Shown one piece after another: positions 40,514-50,600 of a stretch of DNA of 64,000 nucleotides. This DNA comes from a virus (taxonomy: Duplodnaviria > Caudoviricetes): IMG/VR virus record IMGVR_UViG_3300010340_001122; one strand, written 5' to 3'. The translations under genes were made by a program, and so were the position numbers. The notes beneath the pieces are model-generated. The model saw only the letters and a program-made list of their open reading frames with translations, was not told where the DNA came from and did no database searches. How positions within the stretch are numbered: position 1 is the first letter of the stretch; each line of letters begins with the position of its first letter.

Positions 40514-40924
40514 ATGAAAGGACATATTATAGATCATTCGAAAGCTGTTGAATTTATTCTTGGTGGTAAGTCTTTATTCACTTTTCTGAATACTAAATCT
40601 GATAATAGATTCACTTATAAAGTGAAAAAACACAAGATAGATGATGTTTATTTCGTAAGTGTTCTTACAAGTCCTGATGTATATCAGTATATTGGTATGA
40701 TTAAAAATCAAGAATATACACATACAAGAAAATCAAAAATTTCTAAAGAATCACAATCTGTTCGTGTTTTTGATTTTGTCTTTTCAAAATTAAAAACTGC
40801 AAATCTACCGGAGTTTATTGAAATCTGGCACGAAGGTAAATGTGGTAAATGTGGTAGAACATTAACCGTACCATCCAGTATTAAAAGTGGATTCGGTCCC
40901 GAATGTATTAAAATGTTTAAATAA
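40514..40924 (+). CDS. DUF6011-like zinc-binding protein
   Basis: HEGKCGKCGRTLTVPSSI.SGFGPEC; TATATTTG promoter at 40502. Confidence 0.8.
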   Translation: MKGHIIDHSKAVEFILGGKSLFTFLNTKSDNRFTYKVKKHKIDDVYFVSVLTSPDVYQYIGMIKNQEYTHTRKSKISKESQSVRVFDFVFSKLKTANLPEFIEIWHEGKCGKCGRTLTVPSSIKSGFGPECIKMFK

Positions 40925-40929
40925 TAATT

Positions 40930-41388
40930 ATGTTTTCACTTATATTTTCACTTATTCCTATTTTTCTAATTATATTCTATTTTTTTAATATTAAACGTAT
41001 AGGAGGAATGGATACCTATATTAAAAATTTATTAAATAAAAAGAATGGAATATCTTGTTATGAGTGTAACTCAGATTTGGATCATATGTTCCCAGTAAAA
41101 GATGATCCAAAAGTTTGTAAGTCTTGTGAGAGAGATAGACGAGTTAATTTTTTGATTAAACCATTTAAGTCAAAGTATTATGACTTTGATAAGATTTTTT
41201 TTGATGCTAAGTTTGATAGATATTTATCCATTCTAATAATTAGTGCAATTGGACTAATACTTCTTAATGTAGTTCTAAGTTTTTTCGATATTAGACTGAG
41301 TTCAATACCTAATAATATATTATTGATTATTTATTGGTGTTTGATGATTTACCGTTTTAAAGTTGTGATGAGAGGCACCTCGAAATAA
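40930..41388 (+). CDS. Membrane protein with CxxC-CxxC motif
   Basis: 3 hydrophobic segments, CYEC...CKSC. Confidence 0.65.
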   Translation: MFSLIFSLIPIFLIIFYFFNIKRIGGMDTYIKNLLNKKNGISCYECNSDLDHMFPVKDDPKVCKSCERDRRVNFLIKPFKSKYYDFDKIFFDAKFDRYLSILIISAIGLILLNVVLSFFDIRLSSIPNNILLIIYWCLMIYRFKVVMRGTSK

Positions 41389-41411
41389 AAAACCCTCCGA
41401 AGAGGGTTTTT
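41387..41411. terminator. Bidirectional intrinsic terminator
   Basis: AAAAAACCCTC-CGAA-GAGGGTTTTT (C-UUCG-G loop on minus strand). Confidence 0.9.
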
Positions 41412-41471
41412 AGGGCCGTAGCAATTTCTCGCCGTTCCACCAATTTGTTTTTTACTCAAACAAATAAACAT
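41387..41471 (-). ncRNA. Candidate small structured RNA
   Basis: GC-rich island; hairpins ATTTGTTT/AAACAAAT and GGCGA-GAAA-TTGCT; TATATAAT upstream; own terminator. Confidence 0.4.
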
Positions 41472-41503
41472 AATTATTATATAACCAAAAAATAAAATGT
41501 TTA

Positions 41504-42406
41504 ATGGATTTGAATTCTTTATATAATTATAATGGAGATTTTACAGTTAGATTAGTTGAAGAATCTGATTATTTATTTGAACAAATAAGACGAGGTAAGA
41601 AAGTTATAGGTACCTATGATTATAATAGAATTCCAACTGATAATGAGATTATTATTATTATAGGTGATTACCCTGTTAATAAAGAGTCCTTGGTTATAAG
41701 TAATCCTATGAGAAGAAACTATCGTTGGGCTCTTAAATTTCAATATGACGAATTTGAAGGTCATGAATGTTGGAAAAATATAGATTCAATTAATATTATA
41801 AATAGTGATGATAGACCTGATAGACTTTTTGATATATTAAAAGAGTTTAAAAAAATGGGTGTTCCACTTAATAAAGTTTATCGACAATCTGCCATTATAG
41901 ATACATCAACCGAAAATACATATGTTAATGGATTGGTTGGATGTTTTAAATCTCATTTATCAATATTGAAAAGATTTTCTAGTATTGATTTCAATAATAT
42001 AGCAGTTTTTGAAGATGATTTTACGTTTTCTGAACCAGTTGAAGAGAATCAAAATTCTTTAATTAAATTCTTTGATGGTAAGTATGATCATGAAGTTCTA
42101 TTACTATCAACAAGTGCTGAGGGTGTTATAGTTAAAAGGGATTTTTTAGTTAGCAATTCTTATCAACCTTGTACCACAACCTCTGGATTTATTTTATCTA
42201 AGAAGGGGTTAGAACGAGTTTTACCTCTTTGGGAAAAAGCAAACGATATGTTAATTACAACTTGTAATTTTAATGTCTATGCTTGTGATAGGTATTGGTC
42301 TTTAATTCAAGGTGATAACGGTATGTTTGTGTTTAATAGAAAACTTGGTTATCAAAGACCATCATTTAGTCAAACTTCAAAAACTTTGGCTTATAATTTG
42401 GATTAA
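41504..42406 (+). CDS. Glycosyltransferase family 25-like
   Basis: IN..DRPDR, GCFKSH, VFEDDF, TTSGF.LS, D.YW. Confidence 0.8.
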   Translation: MDLNSLYNYNGDFTVRLVEESDYLFEQIRRGKKVIGTYDYNRIPTDNEIIIIIGDYPVNKESLVISNPMRRNYRWALKFQYDEFEGHECWKNIDSINIINSDDRPDRLFDILKEFKKMGVPLNKVYRQSAIIDTSTENTYVNGLVGCFKSHLSILKRFSSIDFNNIAVFEDDFTFSEPVEENQNSLIKFFDGKYDHEVLLLSTSAEGVIVKRDFLVSNSYQPCTTTSGFILSKKGLERVLPLWEKANDMLITTCNFNVYACDRYWSLIQGDNGMFVFNRKLGYQRPSFSQTSKTLAYNLD

Positions 42407-42432
42407 TAAAATATTTAGTATATTTGTAAAAT

Positions 42433-43617
42433 ATGAAAAATGAACTTATTAAATTACTCGATCAGCTAATTGAATCTAAGTCACCAGGAAGTATTCCACT
42501 TTACCTTGTGATTCGAGGTTCTCATGCATATGGAACTAATATTCCAACTTCTGATATTGATTGTTCTGGAGTTTTTGTGCAAAACTTAGATTCAATTCTT
42601 GGTATGTCATATGTTGAGCAAATCAATGATGATAAAAATGACATTGTAATCTATGAACTTCGTAGATTCCTTGAACTTCTCGCTAAGAATAATCCAACTA
42701 TTCTTGAACTTTTGAATACTCCAGAAGATTGTGTTATTTATAAACATCCTCTTTTTGACAATATTCTTCAAAATAAAGATAATTTTTTGACTAAAATTTG
42801 TTCTAATTCTTTTGGTGGTTATGCAAAAGAACAGATTGGTAAGGCAAAAGGTCAGAATAAGAAACAAAACTGGGAAAAGGATAAGGTAACTCGTAAGACA
42901 CCACTTGATTTTTGTTATATTCATCAAGGTGAGAAGTCTATTCCATTGGTTGAATATTTAGAATCTAAAAATATGGATCAAAAGTTTGCAGGACTTTCAA
43001 AAGTTCCACATTCAAAAGATTCATATGCATTATTTTATGATTATGCTTGTGCTTCAATGTACTCTGAAAAGACTGGTAAAATTGAAAGTGTAATTAGTCG
43101 ATTTATTGATATTTTTAACACATATGTTCCTATGGGATTTAAGGGCATAGCATTTGAAGATTCTAATGATATTCGATTAAGTTCAATTCCTTTTGATTGC
43201 CCTAAACATTATTTTATTGCACACATTTCTTATAATAAGGATGGTTATATGCAACATTGTAAAGATTATAAATCTTATGAAACTTGGTTAGAACAACGAA
43301 ATGATCAACGTTGGGTTGATGTTGAATCACATGGTCAAAAGATTGATGGTAAGAATATGATGCACTGTCGTAGATTGATGGATATGGCTCGTGAAATTGC
43401 TGAGGGTAAAGGTATTGTTGTTCGACGACCAAATGCTCAGGAATTGATTGATATTCGTCAAGGTAAAATTGATCTTCAGACTTTAATTGATCATGTTGAG
43501 AATGAGATTAAAGAGATTGATATTCTTTATAAGAATTCAACTTTACCTGATAAGGTTGATATGAATCTTGTAGAAGAAATTTTAATTGATATTAGAAAAC
43601 AAATTTATAACATATGA
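42433..43617 (+). CDS. Pol-beta superfamily nucleotidyltransferase (YcgL/NrdC.11-like)
   Basis: RGSHAYG.N...SDID..GVF, NNPTILELL, DGKNMMHCRRL. Confidence 0.88.
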   Translation: MKNELIKLLDQLIESKSPGSIPLYLVIRGSHAYGTNIPTSDIDCSGVFVQNLDSILGMSYVEQINDDKNDIVIYELRRFLELLAKNNPTILELLNTPEDCVIYKHPLFDNILQNKDNFLTKICSNSFGGYAKEQIGKAKGQNKKQNWEKDKVTRKTPLDFCYIHQGEKSIPLVEYLESKNMDQKFAGLSKVPHSKDSYALFYDYACASMYSEKTGKIESVISRFIDIFNTYVPMGFKGIAFEDSNDIRLSSIPFDCPKHYFIAHISYNKDGYMQHCKDYKSYETWLEQRNDQRWVDVESHGQKIDGKNMMHCRRLMDMAREIAEGKGIVVRRPNAQELIDIRQGKIDLQTLIDHVENEIKEIDILYKNSTLPDKVDMNLVEEILIDIRKQIYNI

Positions 43618-44180
43618 TAAATATTTTCCTTATTGGTATTATTGTCGGAGTAATCATAACTTTATCTTTAATGTTTTTATCTTTAAAGATTAAAGATAAA
43701 AAATTGAAGATAAAGAATCAATCTGTCTATCAAGAAATTCTCGATAAACTAAATTCTAATGATATTACTTTTAGTTCTCGTATTAACAATACGGTGCAAC
43801 TCAATACTAATATAAAATCAGAAGGTGATGTTCAGATTATGTATTTCCTTGATAAAAAGGAGATTGCGATTTTTAAAGGAAATGATTGTTTATATACAAG
43901 TATTCTTATTGAAAATGATATTATAGATAAGATATCTATTGCCATTTGGAGTAGATTTTCAAATCAAATTAATGATATTGTTATTTTATCTAATAATGCT
44001 TTTGATAAGAAAACATTTATTATTCTTTCTGGTTTAAATCATAATGATTTAAATACTGGTGAGATAATTGATGAATATTCTCAGTATAATTTAGATGATA
44101 TCTTAGATAAGATCAATAAAGTAGGATATAATAATCTAACAGATGCTGAGAAAGATTTTCTTAAAAATATGAATAAATGA
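43614..44180 (+). CDS. Membrane-anchored protein with C-terminal DxILDKI..G...LT..EK.FL motif
   Basis: N-terminal TM helix; LDDILDKINKVGYNNLTDAEKDFL. Confidence 0.7.
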   Translation: MINIFLIGIIVGVIITLSLMFLSLKIKDKKLKIKNQSVYQEILDKLNSNDITFSSRINNTVQLNTNIKSEGDVQIMYFLDKKEIAIFKGNDCLYTSILIENDIIDKISIAIWSRFSNQINDIVILSNNAFDKKTFIILSGLNHNDLNTGEIIDEYSQYNLDDILDKINKVGYNNLTDAEKDFLKNMNK

Positions 44181-44404
44181 TGATAAAGTTAAAGTCTTAT
44201 GATTTTATAATGCAATCTACCTTTGATAGAATATGTGTAGGTAAATTATTTGATACCAATTTTAAACCATATTCTCAAGACTTTCTTGAAAAAGTTCTGA
44301 AATATTTACAGGATAAAGAAAGATATGAAGATTGTTCTATTCTACAAGAAATAATATCTAAGAGATATAACCACGATGATAACTATAAAAATATACATAT
44401 ATGA
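44177..44404 (+). CDS. Small protein with UVR-like motif
   Basis: E.YEDC..L..I. Confidence 0.55.
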   Translation: MMIKLKSYDFIMQSTFDRICVGKLFDTNFKPYSQDFLEKVLKYLQDKERYEDCSILQEIISKRYNHDDNYKNIHI

Positions 44405-44553
44405 ACTACGTTGATGAATTGAAACCTATAGAGTTTCTACCCAAAGAATTTTTAGATGAATTAAATAGATTTTTTGTTAATTCTGACTTATCAAAGACAC
44501 AGAGAAAAGAGCTTGTTGGTATAATTGAGAAAAATATTACCAAATTTAATTAA
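44401..44553 (+). CDS. Small hypothetical protein (50 aa, not in ORF track)
   Basis: ATGA overlap with previous stop; MNYVDELKPIEFLPKEFLDEL...KFN. Confidence 0.55.
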   Translation: MNYVDELKPIEFLPKEFLDELNRFFVNSDLSKTQRKELVGIIEKNITKFN

Positions 44554-44571
44554 TTTTTACTATATTTGTAT

Positions 44572-44808
44572 ATGGAAAATGAGGATTTGAAGCTGCGCCC
44601 ATATGATAGATTACAATCAATTCTATCTGAGAAAGATAATGGCAAGCTGACCAAAAACGCATCAGACAGACTTGATGAATTATTCGGTAATAAAAAAGAG
44701 GAAAGATTTTTAGATAAGATCAAAAACTTCTTTTTAAAGATTGACCGATTGATATTCAAATCAGGATCAAAAATGTATAATTCAACTTACTATAAACGAA
44801 AAAAATAA
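44572..44808 (+). CDS. Small hypothetical protein
   Basis: ATG 44572 after TATATTTG (44561). Confidence 0.55.
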   Translation: MENEDLKLRPYDRLQSILSEKDNGKLTKNASDRLDELFGNKKEERFLDKIKNFFLKIDRLIFKSGSKMYNSTYYKRKK

Positions 44809-45296
44809 TGTTCAATAATAAACCAAATAAAATGTTTCGTGATGAAAATGGTAAGATCCATTGGATTTCACGATCTGTTGCTATTGTTTCTGTTGTTATG
44901 TGGCAAGATAAATTTTTGGTTTTAAAGAGAGGTAAAAATGTTTCTAATTCTACAAAGTGGTGTTCTCCTTGTGGGTATTTAGATTGGGGTGAGTCTGCAT
45001 CTGAGTGTGCTGTTCGAGAAATCTATGAAGAAACTGGGATAAATTTGAGAAATTATCAAGTGTCTGGTTTAGATAATCCTTATGAAATAGTAACTGAGCC
45101 TGATGTTAATTGGAAACAAGACATTGCAATACATTTCAAAATTGTTATCGATTCAGAGACCGAACCAAAATATGACTTATCTATTGTTGATCCCGGAGAA
45201 ACATTAGACATCAAATGGATTACTATTGATGAATTATCAAATTATAATTTTGCTTTTAATCATGATAAAAGAATTTATAAATTTACTAATCAATGA
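44808..45296 (+). CDS. Nudix hydrolase
   Basis: PCGYLDWGE....AVREIYEETG Nudix box; AFNH. Confidence 0.92.
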   Translation: MFNNKPNKMFRDENGKIHWISRSVAIVSVVMWQDKFLVLKRGKNVSNSTKWCSPCGYLDWGESASECAVREIYEETGINLRNYQVSGLDNPYEIVTEPDVNWKQDIAIHFKIVIDSETEPKYDLSIVDPGETLDIKWITIDELSNYNFAFNHDKRIYKFTNQ

Positions 45297-45517
45297 CAGA
45301 AGAAGAAATTTCACAATTAGTCAAGTTATATTATGATGAATTTATCGAATTAATACTTATCGATATAATTAAATATTCTGATAAGAATCTACTTCCAATG
45401 TTATTGGATCATTTACAAAACTCAAAGATTAAAGAAGAGGTAAATACTGCGCTATCTAAAATAAGAGATAGTAAGATAAATAATATTTTAGATGAAAGAC
45501 CCGAAAAGCTTTGTTAA
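45293..45517 (+). CDS. Small protein with RDSKINNIL motif
   Basis: Coupled ORF; C-terminal motif family. Confidence 0.6.
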   Translation: MTEEEISQLVKLYYDEFIELILIDIIKYSDKNLLPMLLDHLQNSKIKEEVNTALSKIRDSKINNILDERPEKLC

Positions 45518-46358
45518 ATTATTTGATCTAAATGTTCCAGTAATAGAACATTTAGATTATTATATTGAACAAATGTCTAAAACACAAAAGTATAAAGATA
45601 TTAAACATTTCCGATCTTTACATGAAGAATCAGAAATGGAAATTGATGATGCTTATGAGTTTAGAAGAAATAGATCTGAAGAGATTATACAATTCATTAA
45701 AAGTACTAATGCTTATAATGAATTATGTTATGATAAAAATTTGATTGATTATCCAACGGCAAAATCTATCGAATATGTGGAAGGAACTAATTACCTCTCA
45801 ATCGATTTAAGAAGCGCAAATTGGGTTGCTCTAAAACACTATGATCCTGATCATATAAATGAGTTAGGTAAAGACTATATAGATTTTCTAGGTAAATTTG
45901 ATCTACCCAAGGTATTTGTTCATTCTAAATATCTTCGTCAGTTTATTTTTGGAAATGTTAATCCAAAAAGATTAATTAAAGTTCAAAGAAACCTAATACA
46001 AGAAATGGTTCGTAAATATCAGGATGAACTTCAAGTTGAAGGTGTTCGAAATGATGAAGTTATCTTCTCATTTAAAGATTTCAGTGAAATTAGAGATATT
46101 TATAATCAAATTGATCACAATCGATATAAAACAAAAATATTTACTATTAATCGAGTAGAGGATTTTAGAATTGACAATCTTTATGATGTTGATGGAAATT
46201 TACTTCATCGCGAAATGATGGGAGTTGATGGTACTTTGTTTTATATTAAATTAAAAGAGTATATAACTGGTGAGAAATTAGATATTCGAGATCTTTATTT
46301 TAAAAGTAATGGTAGAAAGGCTATTTGGGCAATTGATAATCTAAAATTAGAATTATGA
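45492..46358 (+). CDS. Hypothetical protein (SIDL..AN / NDE motifs)
   Basis: 288-aa ORF. Confidence 0.7.
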   Translation: MKDPKSFVKLFDLNVPVIEHLDYYIEQMSKTQKYKDIKHFRSLHEESEMEIDDAYEFRRNRSEEIIQFIKSTNAYNELCYDKNLIDYPTAKSIEYVEGTNYLSIDLRSANWVALKHYDPDHINELGKDYIDFLGKFDLPKVFVHSKYLRQFIFGNVNPKRLIKVQRNLIQEMVRKYQDELQVEGVRNDEVIFSFKDFSEIRDIYNQIDHNRYKTKIFTINRVEDFRIDNLYDVDGNLLHREMMGVDGTLFYIKLKEYITGEKLDIRDLYFKSNGRKAIWAIDNLKLEL

Positions 46359-46975
46359 GTTATTTATTTGATAAACCTGAGATAGACCTGACAAATATAA
46401 CTTGTCATTCTGGAGGTGCTCAAGGTTCTGATACTTATTGGGAAAATATAGGAGAAACATTTGGTGTTAAAACAAATGCTTACTCTTATAAAACTTCTTA
46501 TCATGTTAGTAAGAATAAAATTGAGATAAGTGACGAGGATTTTCAAGAAGGTGTTGATCAAATAAATAAGGCTAATAAAATTTTAGCCCGATTCGGTATT
46601 CAAAAATATATGAATCTTCTTGCTAGAAATTGGGCACAAGTGAAATATTCACATCAAATTTTCGCTATTGGATATATTGTTGATCCTGGTAAAAAATCAC
46701 CTAAAGGTTATTATTCTAAATCAAAAATTCAAACGGTTGATGGTGGCACGGGGTATGCTATAATGTGCGCTATTAATAATCTTAAAGAGGTTTATGTATT
46801 TGATCAAATAAAACTAAATTGGTACCGGTGGTCTTACTCCACTATGTCTTTTATAGAATTAAAGGAAATACCAAGAATTAGAACTCAAAATTTTGCTGGT
46901 ATCGGAACACGTGAAATAACAAGTGATGGTATCGAAGCTATTAATGATGTCTATAAAAAAACTTTTGAAAAATAA
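46355..46975 (+). CDS. SLOG/YspA-like nucleotide-binding protein
   Basis: HSGGA.GSD, LLARN..QV, GGTGYA, FAGIGTR. Confidence 0.7.
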   Translation: MSYLFDKPEIDLTNITCHSGGAQGSDTYWENIGETFGVKTNAYSYKTSYHVSKNKIEISDEDFQEGVDQINKANKILARFGIQKYMNLLARNWAQVKYSHQIFAIGYIVDPGKKSPKGYYSKSKIQTVDGGTGYAIMCAINNLKEVYVFDQIKLNWYRWSYSTMSFIELKEIPRIRTQNFAGIGTREITSDGIEAINDVYKKTFEK

Positions 46976-47025
46976 ACTTTCTTTATATTTAAAATATAAA
47001 GTCCTATTATAAAAAATATTATACT

Positions 47026-47493
47026 ATGAAAAATTATACAACAAAAATAGGTTATCAAATGATGATTGATGAACTCAATCACTTGAGTACTGTCGAATAT
47101 AAGAATGCGATTGAAATGTTACAAGAGGCTCGAGATAAAGGAGATTTATCAGAAAATGCGGAATATGATGCTGCTAAGGAGTATCATATGAATATTATGA
47201 ATAAAATTTCTATCTTAAAGGAAAAAATTAGAGTTTCAGAGGTTATTAATCAAGATCAATTATCAACTGATTCGGTAAATATGTTATCAACAGTTGAGAT
47301 AAAAAACCATAAATTAGGTGTTAATCAAACTTGGAGTTTAGTATCAGAAAGTGAAATTGATACTAAAAATGGAAAAATTTCATTTAATTCTCCAATTGGA
47401 ATGGCATTGATTGGGCATAAAATTGGTGAAATTGTTGAAGTTATTGTACCATCTGGTATCATGAGATTAGAAATTTTAGATATAAGACAATGA
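47026..47493 (+). CDS. greA: Transcription elongation factor GreA
   Basis: AR.KGDLSENAEY.AAK, GKIS.NSPIG.ALIG.K.G..V.V.VPSG. Confidence 0.95.
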   Translation: MKNYTTKIGYQMMIDELNHLSTVEYKNAIEMLQEARDKGDLSENAEYDAAKEYHMNIMNKISILKEKIRVSEVINQDQLSTDSVNMLSTVEIKNHKLGVNQTWSLVSESEIDTKNGKISFNSPIGMALIGHKIGEIVEVIVPSGIMRLEILDIRQ

Positions 47494-47513
47494 GGATCAG
47501 TTTCGATTTTTAA
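47490..47513 (+). pseudogene. Orphaned original 5' end (MRISFDF*) of the HAD gene at 48324
   Basis: ATG overlaps greA stop; encodes RISFDF, identical in protein to 48351..48368. Confidence 0.75.
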
Positions 47514-47557
47514 TGAAAATTAGTTTTGATTTTTAATATATAATATTAAAAATCAAT

Positions 47558-48334
47558 ATGTCAGGAGTTATTTACAAAATTACGTCACCAAGTGGTAAAA
47601 TCTATATAGGGCAAACTTTTAATTTTGAAAAGAGAATGTATTCTTATAAAAGTGGAGATTGTAAAAATCAAAAAATTTTATTCAGATCATTTGTTAAATA
47701 TGGTTTTGAAAATCATAAAATAGAGATAATAGATAGTAGAGATAGTATAATGGAATTATTAAATTTAGAAAAATTCTATATAGAATTATTTGATAGTTAT
47801 AATTCTGAAAATGGTATGAATCTAACAAGAGGTGGTGATGGATGCGCCATTGATCAACATAGTGAAGAAACTAAATTAAAGATCTCAAACACAAAAAAAA
47901 ATTCACCAAAAACTGAAAAGCAGATATTGGCTAATTTAAGAAGTTTTGGTGTTAAACACAAAGATGAGAGAAATTTAAAGAAGTCTATTTCACAAGGTGG
48001 TGAAAATCATTGGGCATATGGTAAAAAAATGAGTGATATAACGAAATTTAAAAAGTCTGAATCTATGAGAAAAAAGTATGAAGATGGATATATTAGTCCA
48101 AGAAAGGGAATTGAATTAGTTGAAGAAATTAAACAAAAAATTAAATTAAGTAAATCTATTCAAATATCACAATTTTCTAAAAATGGAGATTGGATAAAAG
48201 ACTGGATTTCTGCTAAAGATGCTTCTATTGAATTAAATATATCACATGGTAATATAAATGCCTCTTGTAAAGGTAAAAGAAAAACAGCAGGTGGATATAT
48301 TTGGAAATATAAAAATAATAATTATGAAATATAA
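47558..48334 (+). CDS. GIY-YIG homing endonuclease with NUMOD3/NUMOD1-type tail
   Basis: VIYKITSPSGKIYIGQT, GMNLTRGGDG, HSEETKLKIS, C.GKRKTAGGYIWKY. Confidence 0.92.
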   Translation: MSGVIYKITSPSGKIYIGQTFNFEKRMYSYKSGDCKNQKILFRSFVKYGFENHKIEIIDSRDSIMELLNLEKFYIELFDSYNSENGMNLTRGGDGCAIDQHSEETKLKISNTKKNSPKTEKQILANLRSFGVKHKDERNLKKSISQGGENHWAYGKKMSDITKFKKSESMRKKYEDGYISPRKGIELVEEIKQKIKLSKSIQISQFSKNGDWIKDWISAKDASIELNISHGNINASCKGKRKTAGGYIWKYKNNNYEI

Positions 48335-48746
48335 TTTTACAAAGAGTTTGCGTATCTCATTTGACTTTGACGGTACTTTAGATGATGAATTTGATGGAGT
48401 TCTGAATACTCAGAAGACTGAAATTCAAAATCTTGCTAAGAAGTATATTACTGAGGGTCACCAAGTTTGTATTATTACAAAGAGATATGGTCCAGAGTTT
48501 TCAAATATGGGTATTAATAATGAACATAAGATTGTTTTTGAACTAGCCAAAAAAATAGGAATAAAAGATATCTATTTTACAAATAGAGAAATGAAATTTT
48601 CTTATATTTTAAATCTAGGAATTCAAAAACATTTTGAAAATTCTAACTATGAGGTTGAATTAATTAATCAGGCTTGTAAAGAAAGAGGTTCTGAATGTTT
48701 AGTCATTCATGTTGAAGATCCTTATTGGAGGGATTTAGTTTATTAA
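48324..48746 (+). CDS. HAD-superfamily hydrolase
   Basis: ISFDFDGTLD, IIT.R; start re-called at ATG 48324. Confidence 0.8.
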   Translation: MKYNFTKSLRISFDFDGTLDDEFDGVLNTQKTEIQNLAKKYITEGHQVCIITKRYGPEFSNMGINNEHKIVFELAKKIGIKDIYFTNREMKFSYILNLGIQKHFENSNYEVELINQACKERGSECLVIHVEDPYWRDLVY

Positions 48747-48761
48747 TTTAATATATAATTT

Positions 48762-49241
48762 ATGATAAATAAATTTTCAAAACTTACAGAATCTAAATCT
48801 ACGAAATTTAAAATAGGTTTGGATTTTCATGGGGTGATAGATGCACTTCCTGACTTTTTTGCATTTTTAACTGAATCCGTCATTAAAAATGGTGGTGAAG
48901 TACATATTTTAACAGGCGGTTTATGGAATGAAGATTTGGAAAATCAGATAAATTCCTACGGAGTTAAATGGACACATTCGTTTTCAGTTTATGATCATCT
49001 AATTGAAATTGATACACCTACGACTGGAGAAATTAAATTTCCAGATGGTACAGTTCAAAAGAAGTTTGTTGGTGATGCTTGGGATAAGGCTAAGGGAGAC
49101 TATTGTAGAAAACATGGTATTTCATTTCATATTGATGATACATTAATTTATAATGATTTTTTTACAACACCTTTTTGTCGCTTATGGACACATAATAATA
49201 ATCCAAAGGCATCACATAAAGATGTTAGACACTTAGATTAA
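48762..49241 (+). CDS. HAD-like protein
   Basis: IGLDFHGVID, HILTG, K..YC....I.FHIDD. Confidence 0.7.
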   Translation: MINKFSKLTESKSTKFKIGLDFHGVIDALPDFFAFLTESVIKNGGEVHILTGGLWNEDLENQINSYGVKWTHSFSVYDHLIEIDTPTTGEIKFPDGTVQKKFVGDAWDKAKGDYCRKHGISFHIDDTLIYNDFFTTPFCRLWTHNNNPKASHKDVRHLD

Positions 49242-49257
49242 TCTAATTGTTCTAAGA

Positions 49258-49596
49258 TTAATCTCTTTTTGGTAGTGGCATATCACTTACTATATTTACT
49301 TTAAAAGTAAAACCATCATCTGTTCCATAAATAGTGTCTGAATCATAATTACCACCAAATGTGTAAGGTTTTGGACCATTCATTTTCCTCATTTGTTCTT
49401 GTAATCTTTGTTGATTCTTAGATTCCTCTTGTCGAATCATTTCTTCAAATGATAATCCATTATCTTGAGGTTGATAAGATTGTTGTGATTTATAACCATA
49501 TTTAGCAAGAAGCATTTCAGCTTCATTCTGAGAAATATCAGCTGGTTTTATTTCTTCTTGTTGGTCTTGTACTATTCTAACTTCCGGTCTATTCAT
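49258..49596 (-). CDS. Hypothetical Gln-rich protein
   Basis: 112-aa ORF. Confidence 0.65.
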   Translation of the reverse strand: MNRPEVRIVQDQQEEIKPADISQNEAEMLLAKYGYKSQQSYQPQDNGLSFEEMIRQEESKNQQRLQEQMRKMNGPKPYTFGGNYDSDTIYGTDDGFTFKVNIVSDMPLPKRD

Positions 49597-49599
49597 AAA

Positions 49600-50070
49600 T
49601 TATTTATTAATTTTTGTAAGTGTGATAGTGTTATTTCCATAATTAGTCATTTTAAAATCTGGTATTGGATTATTTGTCAGATATCTTAAATACATTTTTG
49701 TTCTTTGTGTTATATATGATTTTTCGTTTTCTTTTGCCAACCCTTCAAAAGTAAGCTTATTACAGATAAATGATTTTCTTTTTAAGAAGTCATTCATTAT
49801 AACACCTAGAACGGTTGAAACAATTTTCCAAGGATTTGATTCTATTAATTTCGAAACTGACCAGTTTTTCATATCATTATCCCAGACAAAATAAGACATT
49901 GTATATTCTTTACTTAATATATTTTTACCTATTGGTACATTTTTGAATTGTACCAAAAACTTATTATCCAAATCATCTTTGAATTTATACTCAATTTTTA
50001 AATCTTTATTTGATAATATTTCAAAATCATATGATTCATTAAAAAGTTTATAGTTATTTACGTATTTCAT
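49600..50070 (-). CDS. Hypothetical protein, paralog of 17487..18023
   Basis: MKYV..YKLFNES; NPWKIVSTV, QR.KMYLRYL. Confidence 0.7.
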   Translation of the reverse strand: MKYVNNYKLFNESYDFEILSNKDLKIEYKFKDDLDNKFLVQFKNVPIGKNILSKEYTMSYFVWDNDMKNWSVSKLIESNPWKIVSTVLGVIMNDFLKRKSFICNKLTFEGLAKENEKSYITQRTKMYLRYLTNNPIPDFKMTNYGNNTITLTKINK

Positions 50071-50138
50071 TGTATTATATATTAAAAAGTGATTTTAGAA
50101 TATAATATATACAAGTATAAAAAAATTATAAATGATAT

Positions 50139-50543
50139 ATGAAATACCTAAAAACTTTTGAATCTTTTGAAGAGTCGTTTGAATTGAATGAAGGAATTTT
50201 AGACTCTGATGTATATAAGTTCTTATCTGATAAGGATAATAAAGAAAAAATTATGTCAATTAATGTTCCGACATATATTAAACAAGCTTTGAATTCAAAG
50301 AAATATAAAAATTCTGAAACTGGTAAAATGATAGATCTTTCAGATTTAACAGAACAGGATTATAGAAAAGCAATTGAATTAGGTGAAGCTAATAAGTGGG
50401 GAAATCCACACGCTATGTTAGGAGCTCCAAAATTTTTCAAAGCTTTTGATGAGAAAACAAAAAAATCTTATGAGTATATTTATCAAAGAATTGGAATGGC
50501 TATCCAAGGTAAAGCACCTCATGGTTTTGGATCAGGATCTTAA
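50139..50543 (+). CDS. Hypothetical protein, MKYLKTFESF family
   Basis: N-terminal motif, LNEG, Gly-rich C-terminus. Confidence 0.7.
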   Translation: MKYLKTFESFEESFELNEGILDSDVYKFLSDKDNKEKIMSINVPTYIKQALNSKKYKNSETGKMIDLSDLTEQDYRKAIELGEANKWGNPHAMLGAPKFFKAFDEKTKKSYEYIYQRIGMAIQGKAPHGFGSGS

Positions 50544-50600
50544 ATTATTTTGATATATAAAAATAATTTTATATATTTAGAAGCATAAAATATATAGAAA

